DNA of 54,968 nucleotides, taken from a virus (Duplodnaviria; Caudoviricetes). Position 1 is the stretch's first letter, and each line of letters begins with the position of its first letter. The notes below the pieces were generated by a model. It did not search any database, was not told the DNA's origin, and was given only the letters and a program-made list of their open reading frames with translations. The stretch covers positions 1-54,968 of IMG/VR virus record IMGVR_UViG_3300020201_000026; one strand, written 5' to 3'. Made by a program: the position numbers and the translations under genes. Of the stretch, positions 14,119-24,265 are shown piece after piece.

Positions 14119-14779
14119 CAGCCCTATCACGCCTCTTGTAGTAGACGGTGTAATGGGAGCTAAGTCCAATGAGCAGCTCGGCATAGCCTTAAACAAGCTT
14201 TCTATTGAGTTTAGCAAAAGGGGCTGGGTATGGGACAAGGCGTTCAACTTTATTGGAATAAGAACAGACAACATATTTGACGACACTTTTGCGGATTGGT
14301 TTGTGCTTACTATTGGCACAACGCTTGTGGCTGTTCCTGCCTCTACTGTGGCAGGCGTTACCTCTATATGGAAGTATATGAGCTTGTGGGTCAATGGCAG
14401 GCAGGGCGTAGGCACAATAGCAGAGAACATACAAATTGACTACCTGCTTGTAGAGCCAAGAGGGGACGTTTGGACGGGTTGGACGGGCAATCAAGGCTTT
14501 CTTTACCAAGACAAGGCGATAGCAAAAGTGTATAGAGGGGCAATTAAAGACGGGAACAAGTGGTACACTGACAGGACTAACCCTGAAACGAACAATGTTG
14601 GCTCTGGCTTCAATGTTCACACGTGGGCAGGCTTTAGCCTATGGCAAGTAAGAAACCTAAGCGAGGGCTGCCAAGTAACAAGGGCTGAGTTTTGGGAGAT
14701 TATCTTCCCTTTGTTTGTGAAATACGCAAGGGTCGTATCTGGTAGTAAGAGAATCACGTATAGCCTAATCCAGTTGTGA
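14084..14779 (+). CDS. putative endolysin (peptidoglycan-binding-like N-terminus + L,D-transpeptidase/YkuD-like His...SxGC domain)
   Basis: LVVDGVMG (PG-binding-like), FNFIGIR and FNVH...LSEGCQV. Confidence 0.6.
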   Translation: MKTTQAFLNSFNSPITPLVVDGVMGAKSNEQLGIALNKLSIEFSKRGWVWDKAFNFIGIRTDNIFDDTFADWFVLTIGTTLVAVPASTVAGVTSIWKYMSLWVNGRQGVGTIAENIQIDYLLVEPRGDVWTGWTGNQGFLYQDKAIAKVYRGAIKDGNKWYTDRTNPETNNVGSGFNVHTWAGFSLWQVRNLSEGCQVTRAEFWEIIFPLFVKYARVVSGSKRITYSLIQL

Positions 14780-14832
14780 GAGTATAGACAAGGCAGTTAT
14801 CAAAGACGTATCAGAAAAAAAAATAAAATTTT

Positions 14833-15066
14833 ATGATTGACATATCCAACATCGTTGAGGGCTGGTACAACACAATAAACAAAGCTGGACTTTCTTTAGA
14901 CAAACAAAGGATAGCAGAGGACAGAATAAAAACTTGTGAAGAGTGCGAGTACATGAGGATAGGGGTGTTTTACACTGACTGTGCCTTGTGTGGTTGCAAG
15001 CTACCTCAAAAGACGTATAGCTACAAGAAATCAAACGTATGCCCAGAAAACAAATGGAAAGAGTAA
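14833..15066 (+). CDS. small Zn-binding protein
   Basis: CxxC...CxxCGC...CPxxKW pattern. Confidence 0.75.
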   Translation: MIDISNIVEGWYNTINKAGLSLDKQRIAEDRIKTCEECEYMRIGVFYTDCALCGCKLPQKTYSYKKSNVCPENKWKE

Positions 15067-15074
15067 GATAAAAT

Positions 15075-15548
15075 ATGATAGATTACATAAATGAAAAAGT
15101 GCAGATAGTACCGCAAGGAAAGCATTTCTTTAAGGACGTTCCTAAGAAAGAGCTACCAGACTTGTTGTACTATTTGTACCATTATTATAGCCCCAACAGC
15201 ATATATGTTGGAATGATGCCCAGCGAGAGGAAAGAAGAAATATTAAAAACAACCTCGCTTGACCTTGAAAAGCACAAGGCGTTTGTTAAGAGCTACGAAG
15301 AAGTTACTATGTCCCCGACAGAGAAGCTGGCTATGGCTATAAACGAAAGAATAGAAAAGATAATGCTTGAAGTCAGAACCTCAGAAGTGGATATCAAGGA
15401 CTTAGAAAAAGAGGGCAAGAATCTAAAAGCCTTAACGGAGATATTTAAACTACAAGACCTACTATCAGACAGACTGTCAAAAGAAAACAGGCAAGTAGAA
15501 GGAAAAGGGGCAAAAGCAATAGGCTACTTTGAGAATATAATACTATAA
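15075..15548 (+). CDS. hypothetical protein, possible terminase small subunit
   Basis: Helical 157-aa protein immediately upstream of TerL; positional inference only. Confidence 0.45.
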   Translation: MIDYINEKVQIVPQGKHFFKDVPKKELPDLLYYLYHYYSPNSIYVGMMPSERKEEILKTTSLDLEKHKAFVKSYEEVTMSPTEKLAMAINERIEKIMLEVRTSEVDIKDLEKEGKNLKALTEIFKLQDLLSDRLSKENRQVEGKGAKAIGYFENIIL

Positions 15549-15549
15549 T

Positions 15550-17412
15550 ATGTGGAGGAATACAAAAGCATTTAGCCCTGTCGCGACAGGCAAAGAGAAA
15601 TGTGATGCTCACGGCTTGTCGCAGGAAATGAGAGAGTGGGTGTTTATACAAGTGGAAAGATTTAAAAACGGCTTCATTGTAGACGGGCAACGCATAACAG
15701 GAGCGCACTACTTCTTTTTAAACTTCTTCATGTTGATAGACAAGAAGACAAGCAAGTACAGATACCCCACCTTTCTGGACTTTCAAGCCGACTTCTTTTT
15801 AGAAATAGAAAGAGCGAGAACAGAGCATAAGGGGATAGTTTGTGTTAAAAGAAGACAGATAGGTTTTTCAGAGCTTATGGCGGCGATAGCTGTATTAGAG
15901 CTGTGGTTCAAAGAGAGTCCGCAGATAGTTTTGGCAACAGACGGGGCAGAACAGTTAAAGCCTTTGTGGGAAAAGATAGAACAAGGGATAAACACTTTAA
16001 ACAAAGGCATATTTGCAAAGAATCTAAGGGTAAACACTAAAGAGAGGAAGCAAATGGGCTATCAAAAGAAAGGAAGCTCGGTTTGGTTAGGCAACAGTGG
16101 GGAGATAAACAGAGTAAACTATACAAAAGGAAACATAGGGGACGGGGTAGGCAAGTCGCCAAGCCTGTTGATATGTGATGAAGCAGGAAAGGCAGAGGGG
16201 CTGGTAGACTTTTACTCTATTATGCGACCTGCTATTACAGATAACCTGTCTAACACGATGACAGGGCTGCCTATTATACTTGGAGCTACTGTAGACATGA
16301 CTAAATCGGCAGACCTTAGAGAAATGTTTTACAACCCAGAGGCATACAATATGCTTTCTTACGAGTTTGACGGGCTTACTAAGCCGATAGGCTACTTTGT
16401 AGAGGGCTGGAAGATGAGAGTCATAGACGCAGAAGGAAACAGCCTTAAAGAACCTGCTTTAAAGCTTATACATGCAGAAAGAGAAAAGATACAAAACGGG
16501 ACTAAGGACGAAAGGGCATTAGTCAAAGAAATATCACAGTACCCCTTGTCTCCTGCGGAAGCATTCTTAGACAACGGGGTAAATATATTTAACGGCTACA
16601 AGCTGAAAGTCCAAATAGACGCTTTGATGATGTCGGAAATCACCTTGCGGACAGGGGACATTGAGTTTATGGACAACACGTGGCAGTTTATACAAAACAA
16701 AAACGGCAGATTCACCATTTACGAAGACCCAGAGTACATCTTAGACGAAAAGGGGAACATGGCAATTCCTGAAGGAATGTATATAGGAGGGGCAGACCCT
16801 ATCCACCAAGAGTTAGGGACATCACAAGGGGCTATCTACATTCACAAGCTATACAACGACAAGGCTAAGACTACTTGCGACTTGCCTGTAGCAGAATATT
16901 TGTTTAGACCTACTAACCCAGCTGTTTTTGCTGACGACTGTTTAAAACTGTCGTACTACTACAATGCGACAATGATGGTTGAGCCAACCACCTATATTGT
17001 AAAAGACTACTTCAACAGCAAGAATCAAATGGGACGATTAGCGAATGTCCCTCGTGTGGTAACAACGGATATAAGCAAGGGCAGCCAGACAAAATACGGT
17101 TGTCCTGTTAATGCCTCTACCAAGCCCTACGTTATAGGCTTAGTGGCAAAGTACATAGACGAGAACGTAGAAAAGATAGTGTTCCCACGACTCTTAGATG
17201 AGATGATACGCTATACTTCTGACGGCAACTTTGACTTAATAATGGCTTTTGCGCAAGCACTGGCATATAGAGCAGACTTGTGGGACTGGAAGCCTAAAAC
17301 ACAACGGGAACAAATAACTGAGTTTAACCGTTTCATACGGACAAGGGACGGCAGGATAATACGAGAAGCCGTTTCAAAAGCAGTGTCCCCAACAAGCGAG
17401 TTATATGGATAG
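15550..17412 (+). CDS. terL: terminase large subunit
   Basis: ITGAHYFFLNF, KRRQIGFS (Walker A region), LICDEAG (Walker B), nuclease-domain GADP and NFDLIMAF. Confidence 0.93.
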   Translation: MWRNTKAFSPVATGKEKCDAHGLSQEMREWVFIQVERFKNGFIVDGQRITGAHYFFLNFFMLIDKKTSKYRYPTFLDFQADFFLEIERARTEHKGIVCVKRRQIGFSELMAAIAVLELWFKESPQIVLATDGAEQLKPLWEKIEQGINTLNKGIFAKNLRVNTKERKQMGYQKKGSSVWLGNSGEINRVNYTKGNIGDGVGKSPSLLICDEAGKAEGLVDFYSIMRPAITDNLSNTMTGLPIILGATVDMTKSADLREMFYNPEAYNMLSYEFDGLTKPIGYFVEGWKMRVIDAEGNSLKEPALKLIHAEREKIQNGTKDERALVKEISQYPLSPAEAFLDNGVNIFNGYKLKVQIDALMMSEITLRTGDIEFMDNTWQFIQNKNGRFTIYEDPEYILDEKGNMAIPEGMYIGGADPIHQELGTSQGAIYIHKLYNDKAKTTCDLPVAEYLFRPTNPAVFADDCLKLSYYYNATMMVEPTTYIVKDYFNSKNQMGRLANVPRVVTTDISKGSQTKYGCPVNASTKPYVIGLVAKYIDENVEKIVFPRLLDEMIRYTSDGNFDLIMAFAQALAYRADLWDWKPKTQREQITEFNRFIRTRDGRIIREAVSKAVSPTSELYG

Positions 17413-19705
17413 CAAAATATACACCAGCCAAAGCCCTGACTACAACAGAACAAGAACGGCGAACGGAAAAGACTTTATAGAAAGGTTTAGTCCTTTTTCA
17501 GAAAACAAAAACAAAGAATGGTACATGTATTGGGCTAATATGTATATAAGTGCCTTTAGCTCTACTCAGTCCCGTTATGAAGACGAGGCATATAAAAAAT
17601 ACAGGGGCATTAGACAGGCATCTGACTTTGAATACATAACCAAGTCTTTTGGGGCAGCTATGCCCGTACCAGACATACCCCACGTCCCCTTAATTAGCCG
17701 ATTCATAAATCACTTGCGGTCTACAAACGACCTCCGTCCTCTTGTGTTTAATATAAAGTACAATGACGTAGACGCAGTACAGGCGAAAGACAAAGAGATG
17801 ACGGAAAGAGTGGCAAAACAGCTAATGGGAGAAATAATGCAGTCTGTGGACAAGCAGATGCAGGAAGGGGGAGAAATAAAACAAGAAGAAAACAACCAAG
17901 CACTACAAGAAAAAACAAAAGAGATATTAAAACAGATACCTGATTTCAGAACAGTGCAGGAAAAAGCAGCCCAAAAAACAATGGATTTGGCAATTGAGCG
18001 GCTCAATCTTAGGGACAAGTGGTCTACCGCCTTCTTAGACAAGCTGGTAACAGGAAAGCAGTATTACAGATGCAAGCTAAACAGAAAAGGGGAACTACCC
18101 CAATTTGACATTATAAACACAGGCGACATTGCCTTTAGTGCAGATAATGTAGATAGTCTAAACGAATCAACGTTTGTAGTCCACAGGCACTGGCTTGGAG
18201 TGCAGGAGGTGTATGCTAAATACGGTCATTTGCTAAACGCAGAAGAGAAATCCAGACTAAACAGATATGCCTACACTTATACCTCCGACAGCAGAGATAA
18301 AAGGCAACAGCCCTCAGAGTTCAGCGAAATAAACTCTAATGACTTTGGCTATACAGGCTCACAGTCTTCAAACGGGGGAATAGAAATACACGAAGTGGAG
18401 TGGAAGGCAGTGAAAAAGATAGCTGTAACAGAGCTAAACGGAAAATACGAAATACTAAGAGAGGACAGCATATTGACAGACAAAGAGGAAGTCAAATACA
18501 AGTACTTTCAAGAACTGCACACTTGCGTTCGTCTTGACGGAAACATATACCTCAAGTACGGGACAGTGGAATATGCAAGAAGAGACCCTAACAACATATC
18601 AAAGTGTCTTCTTTCTTTTAACGGGCGACTGTATAATAATAGAAACAACCCCCCTCTTTCTATGGTAAGAGAGTTAGGCGACTTACAAGACAGATATGAC
18701 ATCTTGTGGTACAAGCTGTTAGAGATGATTTTGCTAAGTGGCAACAAGGGGATAACTATGATTAAAGAGCTTATACCAAATGGGGACTTGGACGACTGGA
18801 TGTATTGGAGGAAGTTAGGTGTAATGCAACTAAGCATTGCAGGAGAAGGAGTCCACAAAGAACTGATAAACCAAATAGGGCAAGTGATACAGCCTTATGA
18901 CGACAGCCTTTCTCAAAACGGAATACAATCAATCATTGCCCTTTTAAACCAAATAGAGAAGACGGTAGGGGATATATGCGGTGTCCCTCCACAGGCATTA
19001 GGGCAGACCCAGCAGTATGAAACAAAGGCAAATGTAGAAACCTCTATCACACAAGGCACAATAACAACAGAGGTTATCCACAGAGACCACAGCAACTTTG
19101 TAAGGGACAGCCTAAACGATATCCTGTATTGGTCTAAAATAGGACTCAGCGAAGGAACACTAAAAGACTATGTTCTATCTCCTGCCGAGCAGGCACTCAC
19201 AAAAGACTTGTCGTGGAACTATATAGACTACAATGTCTTTGTAACAGACAGCTTCAGAGAAGAAAAGAACCTAATGACAGCGAAGAAACTGGTACAAGAA
19301 CTTGCTATGGCGCAGGCTATTAGTTTTGGCGATGTAATCAAGTCGCTCAACTCAAACTCAATGAACGAGATAAACAACATTGTCAATTCTGCCGTTAAAG
19401 AAATGAGAGAGGCACAACAGAAAAACGCACAAGGGGAGCAACAAGCCAAACAACAAGAGCTACAAGCTAAGATGCAGTTAGAGCAAGCTAAGATGCAGCA
19501 AGACGCTCAATTAGAGCAGGCTAAGATGCAACAAGAAAAAGAGAAACACGTAACAGACAACAGCGTGAAGAAAGAAGAAACAAGCATCAAAGAAAGACTC
19601 GCAGTAGTTGAAGAGCGATATGCCGAAATAGCACAAAAGCAATTAGACGCAGACATAAGCACATCTAACGCAAAAATATCCGCCAGAAAAGGAAAAAACG
19701 AATAA
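17405..19705 (+). CDS. portal protein
   Basis: 766 aa directly after TerL; AFLDKLVTGKQYY, IEV/HEVEWK-type segment, Q-rich coiled tail with QAKMQ repeats, as in crAss-like portals. Confidence 0.85.
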   Translation: MDSKIYTSQSPDYNRTRTANGKDFIERFSPFSENKNKEWYMYWANMYISAFSSTQSRYEDEAYKKYRGIRQASDFEYITKSFGAAMPVPDIPHVPLISRFINHLRSTNDLRPLVFNIKYNDVDAVQAKDKEMTERVAKQLMGEIMQSVDKQMQEGGEIKQEENNQALQEKTKEILKQIPDFRTVQEKAAQKTMDLAIERLNLRDKWSTAFLDKLVTGKQYYRCKLNRKGELPQFDIINTGDIAFSADNVDSLNESTFVVHRHWLGVQEVYAKYGHLLNAEEKSRLNRYAYTYTSDSRDKRQQPSEFSEINSNDFGYTGSQSSNGGIEIHEVEWKAVKKIAVTELNGKYEILREDSILTDKEEVKYKYFQELHTCVRLDGNIYLKYGTVEYARRDPNNISKCLLSFNGRLYNNRNNPPLSMVRELGDLQDRYDILWYKLLEMILLSGNKGITMIKELIPNGDLDDWMYWRKLGVMQLSIAGEGVHKELINQIGQVIQPYDDSLSQNGIQSIIALLNQIEKTVGDICGVPPQALGQTQQYETKANVETSITQGTITTEVIHRDHSNFVRDSLNDILYWSKIGLSEGTLKDYVLSPAEQALTKDLSWNYIDYNVFVTDSFREEKNLMTAKKLVQELAMAQAISFGDVIKSLNSNSMNEINNIVNSAVKEMREAQQKNAQGEQQAKQQELQAKMQLEQAKMQQDAQLEQAKMQQEKEKHVTDNSVKKEETSIKERLAVVEERYAEIAQKQLDADISTSNAKISARKGKNE

Positions 19706-19706
19706 T

Positions 19707-20024
19707 ATGGACAACGATACAAGATTACTTTTACGAGCAATAATAGATTTATTGTCAGTTGTTTCTCCTATAACAGGAACAGTGTCAATAAACAACTCTG
19801 CTTTAGTTTCAACCCCTACCTCAAGCTTGGTTGTTGCAGGGGGAACTGTTTCAGCTGGGAGCAACGCTGTTAATTTCACAACAAGCGTTGATTTCGTAGG
19901 AAGCATACTCGGTACTGTAAGACAGTCAAGCACCTCTTACTCTTTCTCAGCTCCTCTTAACGGGACACTGAGCAGCATTGCATACACTGTTACAGCAGGA
20001 AACATAATTATTGACAAACTATAA
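19707..20024 (+). CDS. small Ser/Thr-rich beta-strand protein, possibly structural
   Basis: Composition and position only. Confidence 0.55.
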   Translation: MDNDTRLLLRAIIDLLSVVSPITGTVSINNSALVSTPTSSLVVAGGTVSAGSNAVNFTTSVDFVGSILGTVRQSSTSYSFSAPLNGTLSSIAYTVTAGNIIIDKL

Positions 20025-20037
20025 TTCCTTTTTAAAA

Positions 20038-20379
20038 ATGAATACGTGGATATCTTTCCTAAATAAGCAAACTGCGTTAATAATAACGCTCATAATAGTA
20101 ACCAGTGCTATCTTGATTATGATAATAGTCTATGAGATAGACAGGGTGTTAGCTGTTAAAATGTCCCCTATGCTCCTGCCCTCTTGTATTGGTATTGCCA
20201 ATCTCTATACCTCGCAGCACATTATAAAAATAAGCAGTCGCAAGGACGCTATTGACCAGGAGTCTAAAACAAATCTCGCTGTTGAAATAGCAGAGATAAA
20301 AAGCAAAGAGAAGGAAATACAAAAAGAACTCTTAGAAATCTACAAACGCATTATAGTAATAGAAAACAAACTTTCGTAA
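20038..20379 (+). CDS. membrane protein (holin/antiholin-like)
   Basis: Strong TM segment ALIITLIIVTSAILIMIIVY, a second hydrophobic stretch and a coiled C-terminus. Confidence 0.55.
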   Translation: MNTWISFLNKQTALIITLIIVTSAILIMIIVYEIDRVLAVKMSPMLLPSCIGIANLYTSQHIIKISSRKDAIDQESKTNLAVEIAEIKSKEKEIQKELLEIYKRIIVIENKLS

Positions 20380-20381
20380 AT

Positions 20382-20684
20382 ATGAAAAGCAATAAACTTT
20401 TTCCAAGTGTAAATTTCAGACACGCCTTTACCGTCTTACTGCTTTTTTGCTTTATGACCTTGTGCCTTATACGAGTCAAATACGACAAAGCGGTTTTGGA
20501 CATGCACATAGGGGTAATTGGCACATTGCTCACTTTGTCAGGCAGAAGGTACTTTGACGCTAAACAAATAGACAATGAAGAACCAATTGAAAATAAGGGA
20601 GGACAACCAGATGAAAAAGCTATTCCTGCTGTTAGGGCTTGTACTTGTGCTGTCCCTACTTGCGTTTGCGACACAAAGTTGTAA
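20382..20684 (+). CDS. putative holin
   Basis: Two hydrophobic segments and a charged tail; adjacent to the spanin-like gene. Confidence 0.55.
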   Translation: MKSNKLFPSVNFRHAFTVLLLFCFMTLCLIRVKYDKAVLDMHIGVIGTLLTLSGRRYFDAKQIDNEEPIENKGGQPDEKAIPAVRACTCAVPTCVCDTKL

Positions 20685-21066
20685 AAGCCCTAAGCTCATA
20701 ACAAGGACATCTGAAACGATTATTAAAACAGACACTGTTAAAACAGAAGTCGTTAGGATAGACACTGTTAAAAGAAACGACACTGTTTTTATAAAAGAAA
20801 CAATAGAAAAAATAAAAACAATAGAAAACACAAAAACAGTGTTTGTAAAAGAGGAGTGTAAAACAAAATATGAAATAAAGTACGAGTATAAGATCATAAA
20901 AGACACTACGCGAATAAAAGCAAAAGAAAAAGCAAATATAGAAAGAACAAACGCAAAAGAAAAAGTAAAGACAACAAGGATAAACAAAAGAAACAACTGG
21001 TGGCTATGGCTACTTGTAGGAGTCGTAATAGGGTTTGTCTTAGGTAAAACAACTAAAACAAGATAA
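20611..21066 (+). CDS. putative unimolecular spanin
   Basis: MKK + hydrophobic core + TQSC lipobox-like Cys; beta-rich DT/VK repeats; C-terminal TM WWLWLLVGVVIGFVLG followed by a basic tail. Confidence 0.7.
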   Translation: MKKLFLLLGLVLVLSLLAFATQSCKSPKLITRTSETIIKTDTVKTEVVRIDTVKRNDTVFIKETIEKIKTIENTKTVFVKEECKTKYEIKYEYKIIKDTTRIKAKEKANIERTNAKEKVKTTRINKRNNWWLWLLVGVVIGFVLGKTTKTR

Positions 21067-21067
21067 A

Positions 21068-22021
21068 ATGAAAGAAGAAATATCTATAGTACAAGAGGAA
21101 GACAACGAATACTTTCCAACATTAGAAGACTTGTCAAAAGAAGAAGCAGAACCCTCCACCCCTTTTAGCTTTGAGGAAGAAGAAACAACCCTCTCAGCTA
21201 AAACGGAGGCACAGCCAACCTCAAAACAAACACTTGCCCCCACTGACTTTGCCAAACACTTAGAACAAACGTTCGGCTGGGAGAACGTGCCAAAAGACAT
21301 AGACCCCGTAAAAGCAATAGGGGCAATGTCAGATATGTACGAGGAAGAGCTAAACACCCTGAGAAACCAGCTGAAAGAGGCAACTAACAATGCCCCCTCA
21401 GACGAACTGGTACAATACAATAAGGCGTTTGAAACCTTTAAGGCATTAGACAAAAAGCAAGCTGTGATAAACCACTTAATGTCTGCTGATGAACTAACAC
21501 AAGAAGAAGCAGAAGAAGAAGCAGCTGAGTTAGAACTTGAAGGCAAGCTGGAAAGAACATATACCAAGCTATACCGTACTACCGAAAAAGAGTACAAGAA
21601 GGAAGTAGAAGCAATAGACCAAACAATAGCCCGTAACCACCAACTGCGAGAGCAACAAGAAGAATTAGCGTACAAAGAAGAAATAGCCAACTTTAGCAAT
21701 ATTCTTATAGACTTTAAGTCAGAGTACCTCGCAGTAACAGATAAAGACAAATCGTTTTTAAAAGATGCCTTTTTAGAACAAGACAACGAAGGCTACTCCT
21801 TAGTAGACAAAATGCTTGATGACAAAAAGACCCTTATTGAAATGGTGATTGCCTATTACAAAATGCAGGACATAGCAGGTATGCCTGCAAGAAACAAGAA
21901 GCAAGTAGCAAGTGAAATGGTAAACAGCATGTCAAACGAACCTCTGTTTAATCAAAAGTCGTTTACAAGCACAGACGTGCTAAAAGACTACTGGCGAAAA
22001 GAAGAAGAAGAAGAATACTAA
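21068..22021 (+). CDS. acidic helical protein, probable capsid scaffold
   Basis: Very Glu-rich coiled-coil protein immediately upstream of MCP. Confidence 0.55.
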   Translation: MKEEISIVQEEDNEYFPTLEDLSKEEAEPSTPFSFEEEETTLSAKTEAQPTSKQTLAPTDFAKHLEQTFGWENVPKDIDPVKAIGAMSDMYEEELNTLRNQLKEATNNAPSDELVQYNKAFETFKALDKKQAVINHLMSADELTQEEAEEEAAELELEGKLERTYTKLYRTTEKEYKKEVEAIDQTIARNHQLREQQEELAYKEEIANFSNILIDFKSEYLAVTDKDKSFLKDAFLEQDNEGYSLVDKMLDDKKTLIEMVIAYYKMQDIAGMPARNKKQVASEMVNSMSNEPLFNQKSFTSTDVLKDYWRKEEEEEY

Positions 22022-22067
22022 ACTAAACAAAATATAACAAACACAAAACAAACACGTAATAACAGCT

Positions 22068-23516
22068 ATGAAATTAGTAAACACAAAAAACTCAATGTTT
22101 AGAGGACACGATGTAACAACTACTGTTCCATCTTTGTCTCAGATTTATGGACCAGAAGCCAAAGGCTCTCCAGGTAAGATAATTAGGTTATTTGACAAGC
22201 CTCTCCTTCAGATATTTGCAGACGCATACTCCTCCGTGCTTGGTGTTAAAAGCGGCACGGCAAAAGGCATAGCGTCAATGAAGTACGTCTACACTGTCAA
22301 AGGGACTCCCTCATTTATATCAAGAATAGCCCAAAACGTTCCGTCAAACACCAGTCTTGGTAGAAACTTCCAGCCTTTCACTGTTTGCTTAAACGAGAAC
22401 AGCTTCTTCAATAATGACATTATGTACTTGCAAAACAGACAACAATTGCAGGTAGTAAGAGGCAATGGGGTAGAGCTTTCAGCTGGAAAATGGCAGTACA
22501 CCGTTATTCTTGTGGGGAACAATCCTGAAGAAGTAGTAGATTTTAATTTTCTACAAGCTAACAACACTGTTTCAAAGTTAGGCAATGCCCAACCAGAGCT
22601 TTCTCGTGAAGGGTACATGTCCCAACGTTCAAACGAGGAATCCCGTGTCAATTACTTACGCAAAATGCGAGTAGGCAGAGACTGGTCAGGAGATGCTGCT
22701 ATGGCTAAGTTTGCTGTATGCGACACAATAGACGGCAAGTCTACCCCTGTTATGTGGATGACAGGTCTTGAGAAAGACATGCTTGAAGACCTCATGCTAC
22801 AAAAGGAGATGGCGTTGTTGTTTGGCAAGGCTAATGTAGACCCAGAAACAGACAGGGTGTTTGGTTTAAATGGCTTTTCAGAAGAAACCATTATGGGGGA
22901 CGGTGTTTGGGAAGCTATCCGCAAAGAGGGCATTAATGAAATGTACACTGTCTTTACAGAAGGCTTGTTACGCGACATACTCGGTTCTGTGTTACAGAGA
23001 AACCCTATGAAGGCAATAGGAGACGTGAATATTGTCATGATGACTGGTTTTGACGGTTTGGCTCAGTTTGACAGTGCGATGAGAAACATACTCAAAGAGT
23101 ACACTATTACAAGCGACCACATCGTTACAAAGAAAGGCGACAACATAGAAATAGGAGCTAACTTCACAACATACAAGTATATGGGGGCTAAGTTCACTGT
23201 GGTTCGCAATCCAATATTTGACGATGTTCAGCTGGTGGCAGACCGTTTGACTCCAAGTGGCAGACCAAGTAGAAGTTCAACTTTCCTTGTTCTTGACATG
23301 AGTTCTTATGACGGCGTTCCCAACATTCAATTGCTAACCAAAGAGGGCTGCAACTTGATAACAGGTTACCAACTTGGCTTTGGTGGAAAGAACGGAAAAA
23401 CATCAGGTGAATATTCAACCCCTGTTCAAGGAGCAAGAATGGACATGATGACTTATGCAGGAGTGGTAGTTCACGTACCAGAAACCTGTATGATTCTTGA
23501 AAAGTCGTTTATTTAA
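22068..23516 (+). CDS. major capsid protein (crAss-like)
   Basis: 482 aa; position after portal and scaffold; PELSREG, KEMALLFG, GDGVWE, MMTGFDG, FTTYK...NPIFDD segments resemble crAss-like MCPs. Confidence 0.85.
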   Translation: MKLVNTKNSMFRGHDVTTTVPSLSQIYGPEAKGSPGKIIRLFDKPLLQIFADAYSSVLGVKSGTAKGIASMKYVYTVKGTPSFISRIAQNVPSNTSLGRNFQPFTVCLNENSFFNNDIMYLQNRQQLQVVRGNGVELSAGKWQYTVILVGNNPEEVVDFNFLQANNTVSKLGNAQPELSREGYMSQRSNEESRVNYLRKMRVGRDWSGDAAMAKFAVCDTIDGKSTPVMWMTGLEKDMLEDLMLQKEMALLFGKANVDPETDRVFGLNGFSEETIMGDGVWEAIRKEGINEMYTVFTEGLLRDILGSVLQRNPMKAIGDVNIVMMTGFDGLAQFDSAMRNILKEYTITSDHIVTKKGDNIEIGANFTTYKYMGAKFTVVRNPIFDDVQLVADRLTPSGRPSRSSTFLVLDMSSYDGVPNIQLLTKEGCNLITGYQLGFGGKNGKTSGEYSTPVQGARMDMMTYAGVVVHVPETCMILEKSFI

Positions 23517-23548
23517 TTTTACCACCCCCAAATAAAACAATTAAAAAC

Positions 23549-24265
23549 ATGGATATAGTAATTAAGCCCACCGACACAAAGATAAAAGCTGTCTACACGA
23601 TTGTAGTCCCAATAGACCCCCACACAAAAAACATGTGGGTAGAAGACGAGGATATGCAAAAGAACTTCATTGAGAAATACAACATTGACCACAGCACAAA
23701 ACAATCGTTCCTGCCTTTTATGGTGATAAGCAAAAGCAACGAGCGACTAAGCTATTGGTTAAAAGTAGCTAAGAAGGTAGGCATACTCCGAGAAGCCAAA
23801 GACCAACACCTATCTACTCCTTTTGAAATACAGGACTTAGAGGAACAGTCTGCAAGAATTGTAGAAGCAACAGACTCTAAATACAGAGCTATTGCCGCAG
23901 TAGCAGCATTGTCTCACGGAAAGATGATAGAGCTTTCTAAGCTTCTTGGCTTTGACGGGAAGTCAGTTTCAGTAGACACTCTAAAGCGTCAGCTGTATGA
24001 GATTTGCGAAACGACTCCTTCTCGTGTGCCTGATAGAAACTACGAGGTTGTGCTAAAACTATTAGACGACAAGGACTACAATGTCAAGTTGCTTGTAGCC
24101 GAGCTTATATTTAGTGCGGTTATTACGGGCAAAGACGGCAAGTACATGTACAAAGAGACGTATCTCGGTAGTAGCAAAGAGGAATTGCTGGCGTGGGTCA
24201 AGGACAAGACAAACAAGGACGTGGTAAACTCGTTCAAAATGATGCTTAAACAAGATGTAGAGTAA
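23549..24265 (+). CDS. conserved post-MCP protein of crAss-like phages
   Basis: Synteny; C-terminal KYMYKETYLGSSKEELLAWVKD-type segment. Confidence 0.55.
   Translation: MDIVIKPTDTKIKAVYTIVVPIDPHTKNMWVEDEDMQKNFIEKYNIDHSTKQSFLPFMVISKSNERLSYWLKVAKKVGILREAKDQHLSTPFEIQDLEEQSARIVEATDSKYRAIAAVAALSHGKMIELSKLLGFDGKSVSVDTLKRQLYEICETTPSRVPDRNYEVVLKLLDDKDYNVKLLVAELIFSAVITGKDGKYMYKETYLGSSKEELLAWVKDKTNKDVVNSFKMMLKQDVE

Noticed and set aside
13800-20610. Shared IENK(Q)GGQ peptide in the 13780 protein and the putative holin
   Set aside because: Too short, with no flanking similarity; probably coincidence.
15550-23516. Introns or inteins in terL, portal or MCP
   Set aside because: Genes are uninterrupted and of ordinary length; no intein or homing-endonuclease motifs seen.
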